Source: Rhizobiaceae bacterium | GTDB lineage: Bacteria > Pseudomonadota > Alphaproteobacteria > Rhizobiales > Rhizobiaceae | Direction of reading: 5' to 3' | Length of the DNA: 64,000 nt | Assembly (NCBI GenBank): GCA_035555795.1 | Contig: DATMGE010000077.1 | Span: 19,568 to 83,567 of the forward strand | Part shown: piece by piece, positions 19,893-29,522 of the stretch | Layout of the letters: the number at the start of each line of letters is the position of its first letter | Position numbering within the stretch: the stretch's first letter is position 1 | The notes under the pieces: model-generated | Databases searched by the model: none | What the model saw: the letters and a program-made list of their open reading frames with translations, nothing else | What the model was told of the DNA's origin: nothing | Program-made: the position numbers and the translations under genes

Positions 19893-20903
19893 ATGACGAA
19901 GACCAACCTGCCGGGTCCGGCACCGGACCAGCAGCGCGCGATGCTGCGCACGATGAAGCTGATCCGCGCCATGGAATCGCGCCTCAGCCAGGACAGTTTG
20001 CAGGGCCTGCTGCCGGGCACCGTTCATCTCTATATCGGCCAAGAGGCGGTCGCTGCGGGCGTCTGCGCGCATCTCAAGGATGACGACAAGATCACCAGCA
20101 CCCATCGCGGGCACGGCCACTTCCTCGCCAAGGGCGGCTCGCCGGCGGCGATGATGGCGGAGATCCACGGCAAGGACACCGGCGTTTGCCGAGGCATGGG
20201 CGGTTCCATGCATGTGGCCGATGTGAGCAAGGGCATTCTGGGCGCCAACGGCATCGTGGCCGGCGGCATGGCGATCGCGACAGGTGCAGCCCTCGCTGCC
20301 CAGCTCGACGGCAAGGGCGGCGTGGCTGTGGCTTTCTTCGGCGACGGCGCGGCCAATGAGGGCGTGTTCATGGAGAACCTGAACATCGCCGCGGTGTGGA
20401 ACCTGCCGCTGATCTTCATGTGCGAGAACAACGGCTATGGCGAGTTCACGCCCGCGCATACCGTCACCGCTGGGCGGTTGATCGACCGGGCGCGCGCCTT
20501 CGGCATGCCCTGCCACGAGGTGGACGGCAATGATGCGGATGCGGTCTGGGCCACTGCTGCCATAGCCGTCGAGCGGGCGCGGGCCGGCGAGGGGCCGAGC
20601 TATATCGAAGCCGCGACCTATCGCATCCACGGCCATTTCGAAGCGGAAGCGGTGATGCTGAAGAAGCCCTACCGTCCGGCCGAGGAAATCGAGGAATGGC
20701 GCGGCCGCGACCCCATCGCAGCCTATGTCGCGCGGCTGACCGAGGCCGGCGTGGTGACGCCGGAAGACGCTGCGGGCCTCGACGAGGAGTTTGCCGAGGT
20801 GGTGGAGAAGGCGGTAGCCGACGCGCAGGCAGCGCCCCTGCCGTCAAACGACCTTGCGGCATCGCTGATGTTCACCAACCGGACCGTCGAGGTGATGGCA
20901 TGA
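19893..20903 (+). CDS. ThDP-dependent dehydrogenase E1 alpha (acetoin/pyruvate DH type)
   Basis: HLYIGQEA, THRGHGH, GDGAANEG..ENN, YRIHGHFE. Confidence 0.93.
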   Translation: MTKTNLPGPAPDQQRAMLRTMKLIRAMESRLSQDSLQGLLPGTVHLYIGQEAVAAGVCAHLKDDDKITSTHRGHGHFLAKGGSPAAMMAEIHGKDTGVCRGMGGSMHVADVSKGILGANGIVAGGMAIATGAALAAQLDGKGGVAVAFFGDGAANEGVFMENLNIAAVWNLPLIFMCENNGYGEFTPAHTVTAGRLIDRARAFGMPCHEVDGNDADAVWATAAIAVERARAGEGPSYIEAATYRIHGHFEAEAVMLKKPYRPAEEIEEWRGRDPIAAYVARLTEAGVVTPEDAAGLDEEFAEVVEKAVADAQAAPLPSNDLAASLMFTNRTVEVMA

Positions 20904-21865
20904 AGAAGCGCTACGCCGCAGCCATCAACGAGGCGCTGCATGAGGAGATGGAACGCGACGAGCGCGTGATCCTGTTCGGCGAGGATGTCGAGGCGTCGAT
21001 GTTCGGCGATACAGCCGGGCTGCTTGACCGGTTCGGCCGCAGGCGCGTGCGCAACACGCCGATCAGCGAGCAGACGCTGGCCGGCATGGCGGTGGGAGCT
21101 GCAGCCGCAGGCTACCGTCCGGTGCTGCACCTGATGTTCGGCAATTTCGTCTATACGGCGATGGACGCCATCGGCAACCAGATGGCGCGCATAAGGCTGA
21201 TGACCGGCGGCCAGATGACCCTGCCGCTCACCGTCATCGCGGTCTATGGCGGTGGGCGCTCGTCGGCCGCGCAGCATTCCGATGCGCCGCATCCGGTGCT
21301 GATGAATCTCGGTGGCATCAATGTCGCCATGCCGGCCAATCCGGCCGACGGCAAGGGGCTGCTCAAAGCGGCAATCCGCGACGACAATCCCTGCTTCTTC
21401 CTGGAGGCGGGTGGGCGCGGGGCGGAAATGGGCGAGGTGCCGGACGGCGAGCACATCGTGCCTTTCGGCGCGGCATCCGTGCTGCGTGAGGGCAAGGACG
21501 CGACGCTGGTCGCCATCGGCACGATGGTGAAGCATGCGCGCGTGGCCGCCGACAATCTCGCCGCCGCCGGTATCGAGGTGGACCTGATCGACCCGCGCAC
21601 CATGGTGCCGCTCGACTATGCGACGATCCTCGCTTCAGTGGAGAAAACCGGTCGCCTCGTCGTGGTGGACGAGGCGCGCGACAGCTGCAGCGCCGCCTCG
21701 CAGATCTGCGCGGTGGTTGCTGGGCAGGCCTTCTCCGCGCTGAAGGCGGGGCCGGCGCGGGTGACTGTTCCGGACGTATCGCTGCCCTATGCGCCAGTGG
21801 CGGAAAAGTCGTTGATCCCCAATCCCCAGCGGATCGAAGCACGCGTGCGTGCCCTTATCGGTTGA
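20900..21865 (+). CDS. ThDP-dependent dehydrogenase E1 beta
   Basis: GEDV, NTPISE, AAQHS, SVEKTGRLVVVDE; ATGA overlap. Confidence 0.93.
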   Translation: MKKRYAAAINEALHEEMERDERVILFGEDVEASMFGDTAGLLDRFGRRRVRNTPISEQTLAGMAVGAAAAGYRPVLHLMFGNFVYTAMDAIGNQMARIRLMTGGQMTLPLTVIAVYGGGRSSAAQHSDAPHPVLMNLGGINVAMPANPADGKGLLKAAIRDDNPCFFLEAGGRGAEMGEVPDGEHIVPFGAASVLREGKDATLVAIGTMVKHARVAADNLAAAGIEVDLIDPRTMVPLDYATILASVEKTGRLVVVDEARDSCSAASQICAVVAGQAFSALKAGPARVTVPDVSLPYAPVAEKSLIPNPQRIEARVRALIG

Positions 21866-21876
21866 GGCAGAAGAAT

Positions 21877-22116
21877 ATGAAGATGACGCTCAAACTCGGC
21901 CGCTATGGCATGCAGATGGAAGAGGCCACTATCGTGAAGTGGCGCAAGCAACCGGGCGACGATATCGCGCCGGGCGACATTCTTTACGAGATCGAGACCG
22001 AGAAGGTGACGCAGGAGGTCGAAGCGCCGGGCGCAGGCCGCTTCATCGAGGCGCTGGTGCCGGAAGGCGAGAACGCGCAGGTCGGGCAGGCGGTCTGCGT
22101 GGTGGAGACCGTCTGA
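21877..22116 (+). CDS. Stand-alone lipoyl carrier domain protein
   Basis: 79 aa, IVKWRKQPGD..EIETEKVTQEV lipoyl-lysine motif. Confidence 0.88.
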   Translation: MKMTLKLGRYGMQMEEATIVKWRKQPGDDIAPGDILYEIETEKVTQEVEAPGAGRFIEALVPEGENAQVGQAVCVVETV

Positions 22117-22117
22117 C

Positions 22118-22561
22118 ATGACACGTGCCACCGGCTACTGGCATACGGGCGTGACGGTGCGGGATGCCGCACGTTTTGCGGCCTATCTGCACGAGGTGCT
22201 GGGTCTGGAGATCGCCGAACCGGTGACGCTGGCCGAAGCCACTGCCGCGACGGTGACCGGCATCGACAATGCCGGCATCAAGGCGACTTTCGCGCGCGGG
22301 CCCGGCGTGACGATCGAACTGCTCGAATATGCGAGCAGCCCGGACACGGCCGCGATGACGCCGCCCGACGGCATTGGCGGCATGCATCTGGCCTTCATGG
22401 TCGATGATCTCGACGCGGTGCTGGCTGCCGGCGCGCCCTGGGGCCGCAGGCTGGTCGGCGGCATCTTCACCGCGACCACGGGGCCGAGGACCGGCTGGCG
22501 CATCTGCTACACGACCGACGACGACGGCATCCTGATGGAATTTGCGCAGGCGGCGCCCTGA
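22118..22561 (+). CDS. VOC/glyoxalase-family protein
   Basis: HTGVTV, IELLEY, HLAFMVDD, DDDGILMEF metal ligands. Confidence 0.88.
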   Translation: MTRATGYWHTGVTVRDAARFAAYLHEVLGLEIAEPVTLAEATAATVTGIDNAGIKATFARGPGVTIELLEYASSPDTAAMTPPDGIGGMHLAFMVDDLDAVLAAGAPWGRRLVGGIFTATTGPRTGWRICYTTDDDGILMEFAQAAP

Positions 22562-22608
22562 CTGGCCTTCCGCATTTCTCGCCTATCTATGATGGAGAGG
22601 AGACGGAG

Positions 22609-22758
22609 ATGCGAAACAGGGAGATCGCGGTCGGCATCGCTGTGGGAACCGCAATAGGCGCATCGATAGGCACGGCCATGGGCGATATCGGGATCGGTGT
22701 CGGCGTCGGGCTGGCGCTGGGCCTTGCGCTCGGCTCGGCATGGAAGCAGTGGGGCTGA
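22609..22758 (+). CDS. 49-aa glycine-zipper membrane peptide
   Basis: MRNREIAVGIAVGTAIGASIGTAMGDIGIGVGVGLALGLALGSAWKQWG; GAGGAG RBS; below ORF-track cutoff. Confidence 0.7.
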   Translation: MRNREIAVGIAVGTAIGASIGTAMGDIGIGVGVGLALGLALGSAWKQWG

Positions 22759-22764
22759 ACCGCC

Positions 22765-22880
22765 AAAAACGAAAGCCCGCCGCGGGAGGAGGTGCGGCGG
22801 GCTCGATTCGATCGCGGCGCGGGAGGAGGATGCACCGCTCTCTATGCCGGCGTCACATCCGGGAGGAGTAGATGGCCGAC
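22765..22880 (-). ncRNA. alpha-r14/cuckoo-family small RNA
   Basis: Three hairpins with (C/A)CUCCUCCC loops; the last is followed by a U-rich tail; CTTGTG..CTATCT promoter-like sequence upstream. Confidence 0.85.
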
Positions 22881-23110
22881 TGGCGTTAGATAGTCAGTGA
22901 TCTCCGGAGCACAAGACGCTAATCCGCGCGGTCCGCAAAAATCGGATTGACGCAGGGATAGCTGCCGGCTTGCGGGCGAAAATTCCGGGCATTCGCTGGC
23001 TCACAGCATTTCATTGCTGGCTCTTGCGGACATGCCGGCGGAAGATGTTTGCAGATCGGGTCGGCCGGCCACAGGCCGTGGTTCCTCAAGGCGACCAGAT
23101 GGAGCAGACG

Positions 23111-24715
23111 ATGACCCATATTCCGCTTTCACGGCGCACGATCCTGAAGGGAACGGCGCTTCTGTTGGCAACGACAGCTTTGTCGCGCGCGCAGGCGCAG
23201 GGCGGCGGAAGGCGGCTGATCGTTGCCGCCGATTCCGAGCCGCGCAATCTCAATCCGGCAATCGTCGCCAGCAATGGTGTGTTCTTCGTCGCCTCGAAGG
23301 TGATCGAGCCGCTGGCGGAAGCCTCCTTCGAGGGCGAGGACGGGCTGGCGCCGCGCCTCGCCCTTTCCTGGGAAGGCTCGCAGGACGGCCTGTCCGCCAC
23401 CTTCAGGCTGCGCGAGGGCGTGACCTGGCACGACGGCAAGCCCTTCACCTCGGCGGATGTCGCCTTTTCGGCGCTGAAGGTCTGGAAGCCGCTGCAGAAT
23501 CTCGGCCGGCTGGTCTTCGCCAATCTGGAGGCGGTGGACACGCCCGACGACCACACGGCCGTCTTCCGCTTCTCCAAGCCGACGCCGTTCCAGCTTATCC
23601 GCAACGCGCTGCCGGTCGTCTCCAGCGTGGTGGCGAAGCATGTTTTCGAGAACGAGGCGGATATCGCGGCGAGCCCGGCCAACAACAAGCTCGTCGGCAC
23701 GGGTCCGTTCAAATTCGCCGAGCACCGGCCGGGCGAATATTACCGGCTGGAGCGCAATGCGGATTACTGGGGCGAGGGCGAGGCGAAGCTGGACGAGATC
23801 GTCTATCGCGTGCTGCCCGACCGGGCGGCGGCGGCCGGCGCGCTGGAAGCGGGCGAGATCCATCTCGCGGCCTTCAGCCAGGTTCCGCTGACCGACCTCG
23901 ACCGCATTTCGAAAGTTGACGGGATCGCCGTCTATTCGAAGGGCTATGAGGCGCTGACCTACCAGCTTGTGGTGGAGATCAACCACCGCCGCAAGGAACT
24001 AGCCGACCTCAAGGTGCGTCAGGCGATCGCCCATGCCATCGACAAGGATTTCGTCGTGCGCACGATCTTCCTCGGTTATGCCGCTGCCTCGACCGGCATC
24101 GTGCCGAAGAACGCGCCTGAGTTCTACAATCCGGACGTGCCCGTCTATGGGTTCGACGTGGCGAAGGCCAATGCGCTGCTCGATGAGGGCGGCTATGCGC
24201 GGGGCGCCAACGGGGTGCGTTTTGCGCTCAAGCTGCTGCCCGCGCCCTATTTCACCGAGACCCGCCAGTTCGGCGACTATCTGCGGCAGGCGCTTGCCGC
24301 GGTCGGCATCGACGCCACGGTCGTCAACAACGACTCGGCAGCACACCAGAAGGCGGTCTATACTGACCATGATTTCGATCTTGCCGTCGCGCCGCCGGTG
24401 TTTCGCGGCGATCCCGCGATCTCCACCACCATCCTCGTCAGGGGCGGCACGCCGGCCGGCGTGCCCTTCTCCAACCAGGGCGGCTACGCGAACCCTCAGA
24501 TCGACGCGCTGATCGACAAGGCCAACGAGACTGTGGACATTGCGACGCGCACCGAGCTTTTCAAGCAGTTCCAGCGCAAGGTGGCTGAAGACCTGCCCCT
24601 CATCAACGTGGCGGAATGGGGCTTCATCACGGTTGCCAGCACGGCAGTGAAGAACGTTTCGAACAACCCGCGCTGGGCGGTTTCTAACTGGGCCGATACC
24701 GAGCTGGAATCGTGA
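23111..24715 (+). CDS. Peptide/nickel ABC substrate-binding protein (family 5), Tat signal
   Basis: SRRTILKG, LREGVTWHDGKPFTSADV, GTGPF. Confidence 0.93.
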   Translation: MTHIPLSRRTILKGTALLLATTALSRAQAQGGGRRLIVAADSEPRNLNPAIVASNGVFFVASKVIEPLAEASFEGEDGLAPRLALSWEGSQDGLSATFRLREGVTWHDGKPFTSADVAFSALKVWKPLQNLGRLVFANLEAVDTPDDHTAVFRFSKPTPFQLIRNALPVVSSVVAKHVFENEADIAASPANNKLVGTGPFKFAEHRPGEYYRLERNADYWGEGEAKLDEIVYRVLPDRAAAAGALEAGEIHLAAFSQVPLTDLDRISKVDGIAVYSKGYEALTYQLVVEINHRRKELADLKVRQAIAHAIDKDFVVRTIFLGYAAASTGIVPKNAPEFYNPDVPVYGFDVAKANALLDEGGYARGANGVRFALKLLPAPYFTETRQFGDYLRQALAAVGIDATVVNNDSAAHQKAVYTDHDFDLAVAPPVFRGDPAISTTILVRGGTPAGVPFSNQGGYANPQIDALIDKANETVDIATRTELFKQFQRKVAEDLPLINVAEWGFITVASTAVKNVSNNPRWAVSNWADTELES

Positions 24716-24776
24716 TAGGCTGGCGGAAACGCCTCTAAATTATTCCGGTTTGAACCGCCCACCGTCGCGCATGAAA

Positions 24777-24870
24777 CACCTCCACCCTTACCCTCCCCAC
24801 AAGGGGGAGGGGGTCGTCAGCCTCTCAGAATCCCCCTCCCCCTTGTGGGGAGGGGTGAGGGGTGGGGGTC
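24777..24870. repeat. REP/RIME-like palindromic element
   Basis: CCCTCCCCACAAGGGGGAGGGG inverted against CCCCTCCCCCTTGTGGGGAGGG. Confidence 0.75.
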
Positions 24871-24919
24871 TACGACGCGGCCGATTCCACCAGAAGCGTA
24901 AATGCTCCGGGCATCCCGC

Positions 24920-25912
24920 ATGAACCGTGCCTTCCGCCTTCTCGGGCGCCGAGCGATCAGCAGCATTCCGGTGCTGCTGATCGTCGTCGTGGGCGCCTTC
25001 CTGCTGCTGGAAGCCGCGCCGGGCGATGCGGTAGATGCCTATCTCCTGTCGATCGGCGGTGGCGATCCGGCGCTGGTGCAGGCGCTGCGCGAAAGCTACG
25101 GACTCGACCAGTCGCTGCCGGCGCGGCTATCGCTCTATCTTTCGGCCCTAGCGCGGCTCGATCTCGGATGGTCGGTGACCTTCGGCCGGCCGATCCTCGA
25201 CCTGATCCTGGAGCGCCTGCCGAACACGCTGTGGCTGATGGGCAGCGCGGTGGCGCTGGCTTTCACCCTGGGCTCTGCGCTCGGCATCATCGCCGGCGCG
25301 CGGCCGGGAAGCGTGCGTGACCGGCTGCTTTCGACCGGCTCCCTGGCGCTCTATGCAGTGCCGAGCTTCTGGCTCGGGCTGGTGCTGATCCTTGTCTTCG
25401 CGGTGCAGTTGCGCTGGTTCCCGACCTCCGGCATCGCGACTATCGCCTCGGGCAAGCAGGGCATCGCCCGCGCCATCGACATCGCGCATCACCTCGTCCT
25501 GCCGGTCTGCTCGCTGGGCTTCATCTATCTGGCGCTGTTCCTGCGCATGACGCGCGCCGGCATGGCCGAGGCGTGGCGGCAGGACTATGCGCTGGCAGCG
25601 CGCGCGAAAGGGCTGGCAAGGCGGCGGATCGTGCTGCGCCATGTGGCGCGCAACGCGCTGCTGCCGCTCGTCACCATGCTCGGGCTCCAAGCCGCCTCCA
25701 TGCTGGGCGGCAGCGTCGTGGTGGAGAGCGTGTTCGCGGTGCCTGGCTTTGGCCGGCTGGCGCAGGAGGCGGTCGCGGGGCGCGACGCGCCGCTCTTGAC
25801 CGGCATCATCCTCGTCAGCGCCGTCATCGTCATCCTCATCAATCTCGCCGTCGACATCGCCTATGGCATCCTCGACCCGCGCGTCGGCGCGTCGGAAGGG
25901 AGGGCGGCATGA
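24920..25912 (+). CDS. Peptide ABC permease (DppB-like)
   Basis: APGDA, LDLGWS, PSFWLG, ARAKGL, LDPR. Confidence 0.92.
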   Translation: MNRAFRLLGRRAISSIPVLLIVVVGAFLLLEAAPGDAVDAYLLSIGGGDPALVQALRESYGLDQSLPARLSLYLSALARLDLGWSVTFGRPILDLILERLPNTLWLMGSAVALAFTLGSALGIIAGARPGSVRDRLLSTGSLALYAVPSFWLGLVLILVFAVQLRWFPTSGIATIASGKQGIARAIDIAHHLVLPVCSLGFIYLALFLRMTRAGMAEAWRQDYALAARAKGLARRRIVLRHVARNALLPLVTMLGLQAASMLGGSVVVESVFAVPGFGRLAQEAVAGRDAPLLTGIILVSAVIVILINLAVDIAYGILDPRVGASEGRAA

Positions 25913-26739
25913 GCCTGCTGCGCCGGCTGTCGCGCTCGCCGGAAGGCCTGGCCGGGCTGATCCTGCTTGGCCTGCTGGTGCTCGCGGCGCTTCTGGCACC
26001 GGTGCTGTTTCCCGACGATCCGCTGTCGATCGCCGGCCCGGCGCTGCTGCGGCCCTTCGCCGATCCGGCCTTTCCGCTGGGCACCGACCGGCTCGGCCGC
26101 GACGTATTGGCCGGCCTGTTCCATGGCGCGCGGGCGTCGCTCGCCGTCGGCCTCGCCGCCGCCGCTGTCGCGCTCGTTGCCGGCGCGATCGTCGGCACGC
26201 TGGCTGGCTTTGCCGGCGGGCTGGTGGACGAGACGCTGATGCGCGTGGTGGATGCGTTCCAGACCGTGCCCGGCTTCCTGCTGGCGCTCGCCTTCGTCAG
26301 CGTGACCGGCGCGTCACTGCCGGTGGTCATCTTTGCCATCGCGCTGGGCGCATGGACGGGGCCGGCGCGGCTGGCTCGTGCAGAGGTGCTGTCGATCCGC
26401 GAGCGTGACTATGTCGCCGCAGCGCGCGTCATAGGCATGCGGCCGCTGGAGATCGCGCTGCGGGAGGTGCTGCCCAACGCCCTGCCGCCGGTGCTGGCGC
26501 TTTCGGCGGTGATAGTCGCCAATGCGGTGCTGATCGAATCCGCGCTCTCCTTCCTCGGTTTGGGAGATCCCAACATCGTCACCTGGGGTTCGATGATCGC
26601 GGAAGGGCGCAACGTGCTGCGCACCGCACCTTTCCTGTCCATCGTGCCAGGCCTCGGCCTCGTCGCCACCGTGCTCGGCGTCTATCTCCTCGCGGAGGGA
26701 CTTTCGGACGCGCTGGCGCGCAGGAAGTCGCGGGCATGA
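25909..26739 (+). CDS. Peptide ABC permease (DppC-like)
   Basis: LGTDRLGRD, ESALSFLGLG, WGSMI. Confidence 0.92.
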   Translation: MSLLRRLSRSPEGLAGLILLGLLVLAALLAPVLFPDDPLSIAGPALLRPFADPAFPLGTDRLGRDVLAGLFHGARASLAVGLAAAAVALVAGAIVGTLAGFAGGLVDETLMRVVDAFQTVPGFLLALAFVSVTGASLPVVIFAIALGAWTGPARLARAEVLSIRERDYVAAARVIGMRPLEIALREVLPNALPPVLALSAVIVANAVLIESALSFLGLGDPNIVTWGSMIAEGRNVLRTAPFLSIVPGLGLVATVLGVYLLAEGLSDALARRKSRA

Positions 26740-27515
26740 GTGGCAGGCTGGCTACCCTTCGCGGCCTCGGCGTCACCTATGGCGCGGGGCCGGCCGCGCT
26801 GTCGGATATCGATCTCGCCATTGCCGCGGGCGAGCGGCTTGCCGTGATCGGCGAGAGCGGGTCAGGCAAGAGCACGCTGGCGCTGGCGCTGGCCGGCCTG
26901 CTGCCCGACAATGTACGGATGATGGGCAGCATCGCATGGGAGGGCGAGGTGAAGCCCGTTCCGGGCCGTGATATCGGCTTCGTCTTCCAGGATGCCGGCG
27001 CGAGCCTCAATCCGGTGTTGCAGGTCGGCGAACAGGTGGCCGAGGTGGCGCAGAGGCATCTCGGCCTGAACTGGCGGGAGGCATATGCTTATGCGCGCGA
27101 CCTGCTGACGCAGGTGCAGATCCCCGCGCCCGACACCGTATTGAACGCCTATGCGCACCAGCTTTCCGGCGGCCAGCGCCAGCGCGTGGCGATCGCGGCG
27201 GCCATCGCGGCGCGGCCGCGCCTGCTGATCGCCGACGAGCCGACGAGCGCGCTCGACACCATCGTGCAGAGCGAGATCGTCGCGCTTCTCGAACGGCTGG
27301 TGCGGGAGGCCGGCATGACGCTGGTCTTCATCAGCCACGACATCGCGCTCGTCTCCGGCTTTGCCGAGCGCATCGCCGTGCTGCATCAGGCGCGGCTGGT
27401 CGAGGCGGGGCTAACGGCGGATGTGCTGCGTTCGCCAAGGGAAGCCTATACGGCGCGCCTTATCACCAGCCATATCGGCCTCGATACGCCGCGTCTGGTC
27501 GGAGCCCCGGCATGA
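26736..27515 (+). CDS. Peptide ABC ATPase (DppD-like)
   Basis: GESGSGKS, LSGGQRQR, ADEPTSALD. Confidence 0.92.
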   Translation: MSGRLATLRGLGVTYGAGPAALSDIDLAIAAGERLAVIGESGSGKSTLALALAGLLPDNVRMMGSIAWEGEVKPVPGRDIGFVFQDAGASLNPVLQVGEQVAEVAQRHLGLNWREAYAYARDLLTQVQIPAPDTVLNAYAHQLSGGQRQRVAIAAAIAARPRLLIADEPTSALDTIVQSEIVALLERLVREAGMTLVFISHDIALVSGFAERIAVLHQARLVEAGLTADVLRSPREAYTARLITSHIGLDTPRLVGAPA

Positions 27516-28303
27516 CGGCGCTGCTACGCACCACCGGCCTGTCGAAGACCTTTTCAAGCGGTGGCCGGCGCGTCACCGCGCTTGACGATGTTTCGCTCAC
27601 GCTGGAAGCCGGCGAGACGCTGGGCCTCGTCGGTCCCTCGGGGAGTGGAAAGTCGACGCTGGCGCGCGTGCTTTTGCGGCTCACCGAGCCCGACGCAGGC
27701 CGCATCGACTTCGCGGGTACGGACTTCACGGCGCTCCGGGGCGAGGCGCTGCGGCGGATACGCAGGCGCATCCAGATGGTGTTTCAGGACCCGCTCGCCG
27801 CCTTCAACCCGCGTGCGACGGTGGCCGATGCGCTGGGCGATCCGCTGCGCGTGCATGGCCTTGCCGGCCGGCGCGAGCGACCGGCTGAAGTCGCCCGCCT
27901 GCTCGGCCGGGTCGGCCTGGCGCAAGATCTCGCCGCACGGCCGATCCACGAAATCTCCGGCGGCCAGCGCCAGCGTGTGGCAATCGCCCGCGCGCTGGCG
28001 ACCGGACCGGAGCTGATCGTGCTGGATGAGGCGGTTTCCGCGCTCGACGTGACGGTGCGAGGGCAGATCCTCGACCTGCTGGTTTCGCTCCAGCGGCAGG
28101 ACGGCATCGCCTATGTCTTCATTTCGCACGACCTTGCCGTGGTGCGCGCCGTCTCGCACCGCATCGCGGTGATGGATCAGGGACGGATCGTCGAGCAGGG
28201 TCCGGTACAATCCGTGGTCGAAAATCCGCAATCGGCGACCGCGCGTGCGCTTGTCGCGGCGGTTCCGCGCCTCATGAGGCAGGTGGGGGAAGATCGCGAT
28301 TGA
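27512..28303 (+). CDS. Peptide ABC ATPase (DppF-like)
   Basis: GPSGSGKS, ISGGQRQR, DEAVSALD. Confidence 0.92.
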   Translation: MTALLRTTGLSKTFSSGGRRVTALDDVSLTLEAGETLGLVGPSGSGKSTLARVLLRLTEPDAGRIDFAGTDFTALRGEALRRIRRRIQMVFQDPLAAFNPRATVADALGDPLRVHGLAGRRERPAEVARLLGRVGLAQDLAARPIHEISGGQRQRVAIARALATGPELIVLDEAVSALDVTVRGQILDLLVSLQRQDGIAYVFISHDLAVVRAVSHRIAVMDQGRIVEQGPVQSVVENPQSATARALVAAVPRLMRQVGEDRD

Positions 28304-28322
28304 GCCAGAAAATATACGGTTA

Positions 28323-28375
28323 GTCGATTCTTGTATACAAAGAGTATCGACAGATCGGTCCGTTTGGACTAGTCC
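28323..28375. promoter_or_regulatory. GntR-type operator candidates
   Basis: Palindrome TTGTATACAA (28331-28340) flanked by GTCGAT..ATCGAC, and GGACTAGTCC (28366-28375). Confidence 0.45.
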
Positions 28376-28502
28376 TTCGACCGTGCCGGAGGCGGAGGAG
28401 ATGATCTTGACAAGGGCAGAGTTGCGCCTTGCAAGTTCCGCCATGGCGGTTTCGGCTGCAGATTCCCGCCTGCGGGCGGACATCGGAACGGGAGCAGAGT
28501 GA

Positions 28503-29441
28503 ATGAGTGCAGATTATGACATCGTGGTCGTCGGCGCCGGCATGGCCGGCATGAGCGCGGCACTCACGGCGGGGCGGCTGGGCCGCAAGGTCGCGCTGCT
28601 GTCGAATGGCATGCCGGGCGGCCAGCTTCTCAGCATCGAGCACATTGACGGCGTGCCCGGCTATGCCGACGCACTGGCTGGCTACGATCTGTGCCCGATC
28701 ACGCAGGAGCAATGCGATGCGGTCGGCGTCGAACTCGTCGTCGAGGCCTGTGAAGGCATTGTGGCAAATGGCGACGGCTGGACCGTGTCGAACGAGTCGG
28801 GCGACATCGATGCAAGGGCGGTGATCATCGCCAGCGGAACCGCGCTCGCCAAGCTCGGCGTGCCGGGCGAGGAAGCCTTCGCCGGCAAGGGCGTGAGCGA
28901 TTGCGCGAGCTGCGACGGACCGTTGCTGCGCGGCAAGGTGGCCGTGGTGGTGGGTGGCGGCGATTCCGCCATGCAGGAGGCGCTGGTGGTGGCCGAACAT
29001 GCGGCCAGGGTGGTGCTGGTCACCAATGGCGACACGCTGCACGGGCAGGCCGACTATCGCGAGAAGGTCGAGGCCAGCGACAAGATCGAGAAGCGGTTCA
29101 ACTCGACCGTGACCGAGATCATGGGCGAGGGCGGTGTGAGCAAGGTCAGGATCAAGGATCTGGCGAGCGGCGCGGAGGAAGAACTGGACGCAGACGGTAT
29201 ATTCGTCTTCATCGGCCTTACGCCCAATACGGGCTTCCTTGGCGATCTCGTTCCGCTGGACGGCAAGGGGCATGTTCGGGTCGACGCGGCGCTGCGCACG
29301 CCGGTCAGGGGTATCGCCGCCGCTGGCAATGCGCGTGCGGGCGGTGCATTCCGCGCCGCCGGCGTGATGGGCGACGGTGCGATCGCCGCGAAGGCGGTCG
29401 ACGACTATCTCACGACGGGCGAGTGGGCGCACCAGAACTGA
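28503..29441 (+). CDS. Thioredoxin-reductase-like FAD/disulfide oxidoreductase
   Basis: GAGMAG, GKGVSDCASCDG, GGGDSA. Confidence 0.9.
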   Translation: MSADYDIVVVGAGMAGMSAALTAGRLGRKVALLSNGMPGGQLLSIEHIDGVPGYADALAGYDLCPITQEQCDAVGVELVVEACEGIVANGDGWTVSNESGDIDARAVIIASGTALAKLGVPGEEAFAGKGVSDCASCDGPLLRGKVAVVVGGGDSAMQEALVVAEHAARVVLVTNGDTLHGQADYREKVEASDKIEKRFNSTVTEIMGEGGVSKVRIKDLASGAEEELDADGIFVFIGLTPNTGFLGDLVPLDGKGHVRVDAALRTPVRGIAAAGNARAGGAFRAAGVMGDGAIAAKAVDDYLTTGEWAHQN

Positions 29442-29522
29442 CGGGCGACGTCCTTTCGGCCGATCTCATTGTTTTGACCGCATTGTGCGGCGCTTGGCTG
29501 CGAAACGCCTTGTCCCGGCTGC

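Noticed and set aside
22765-22880. Spaced GGGAGGAG repeats as a mini-CRISPR
   Set aside because: Repeats are only 8-9 bp, no cas genes are present, and they are explained as sRNA loops
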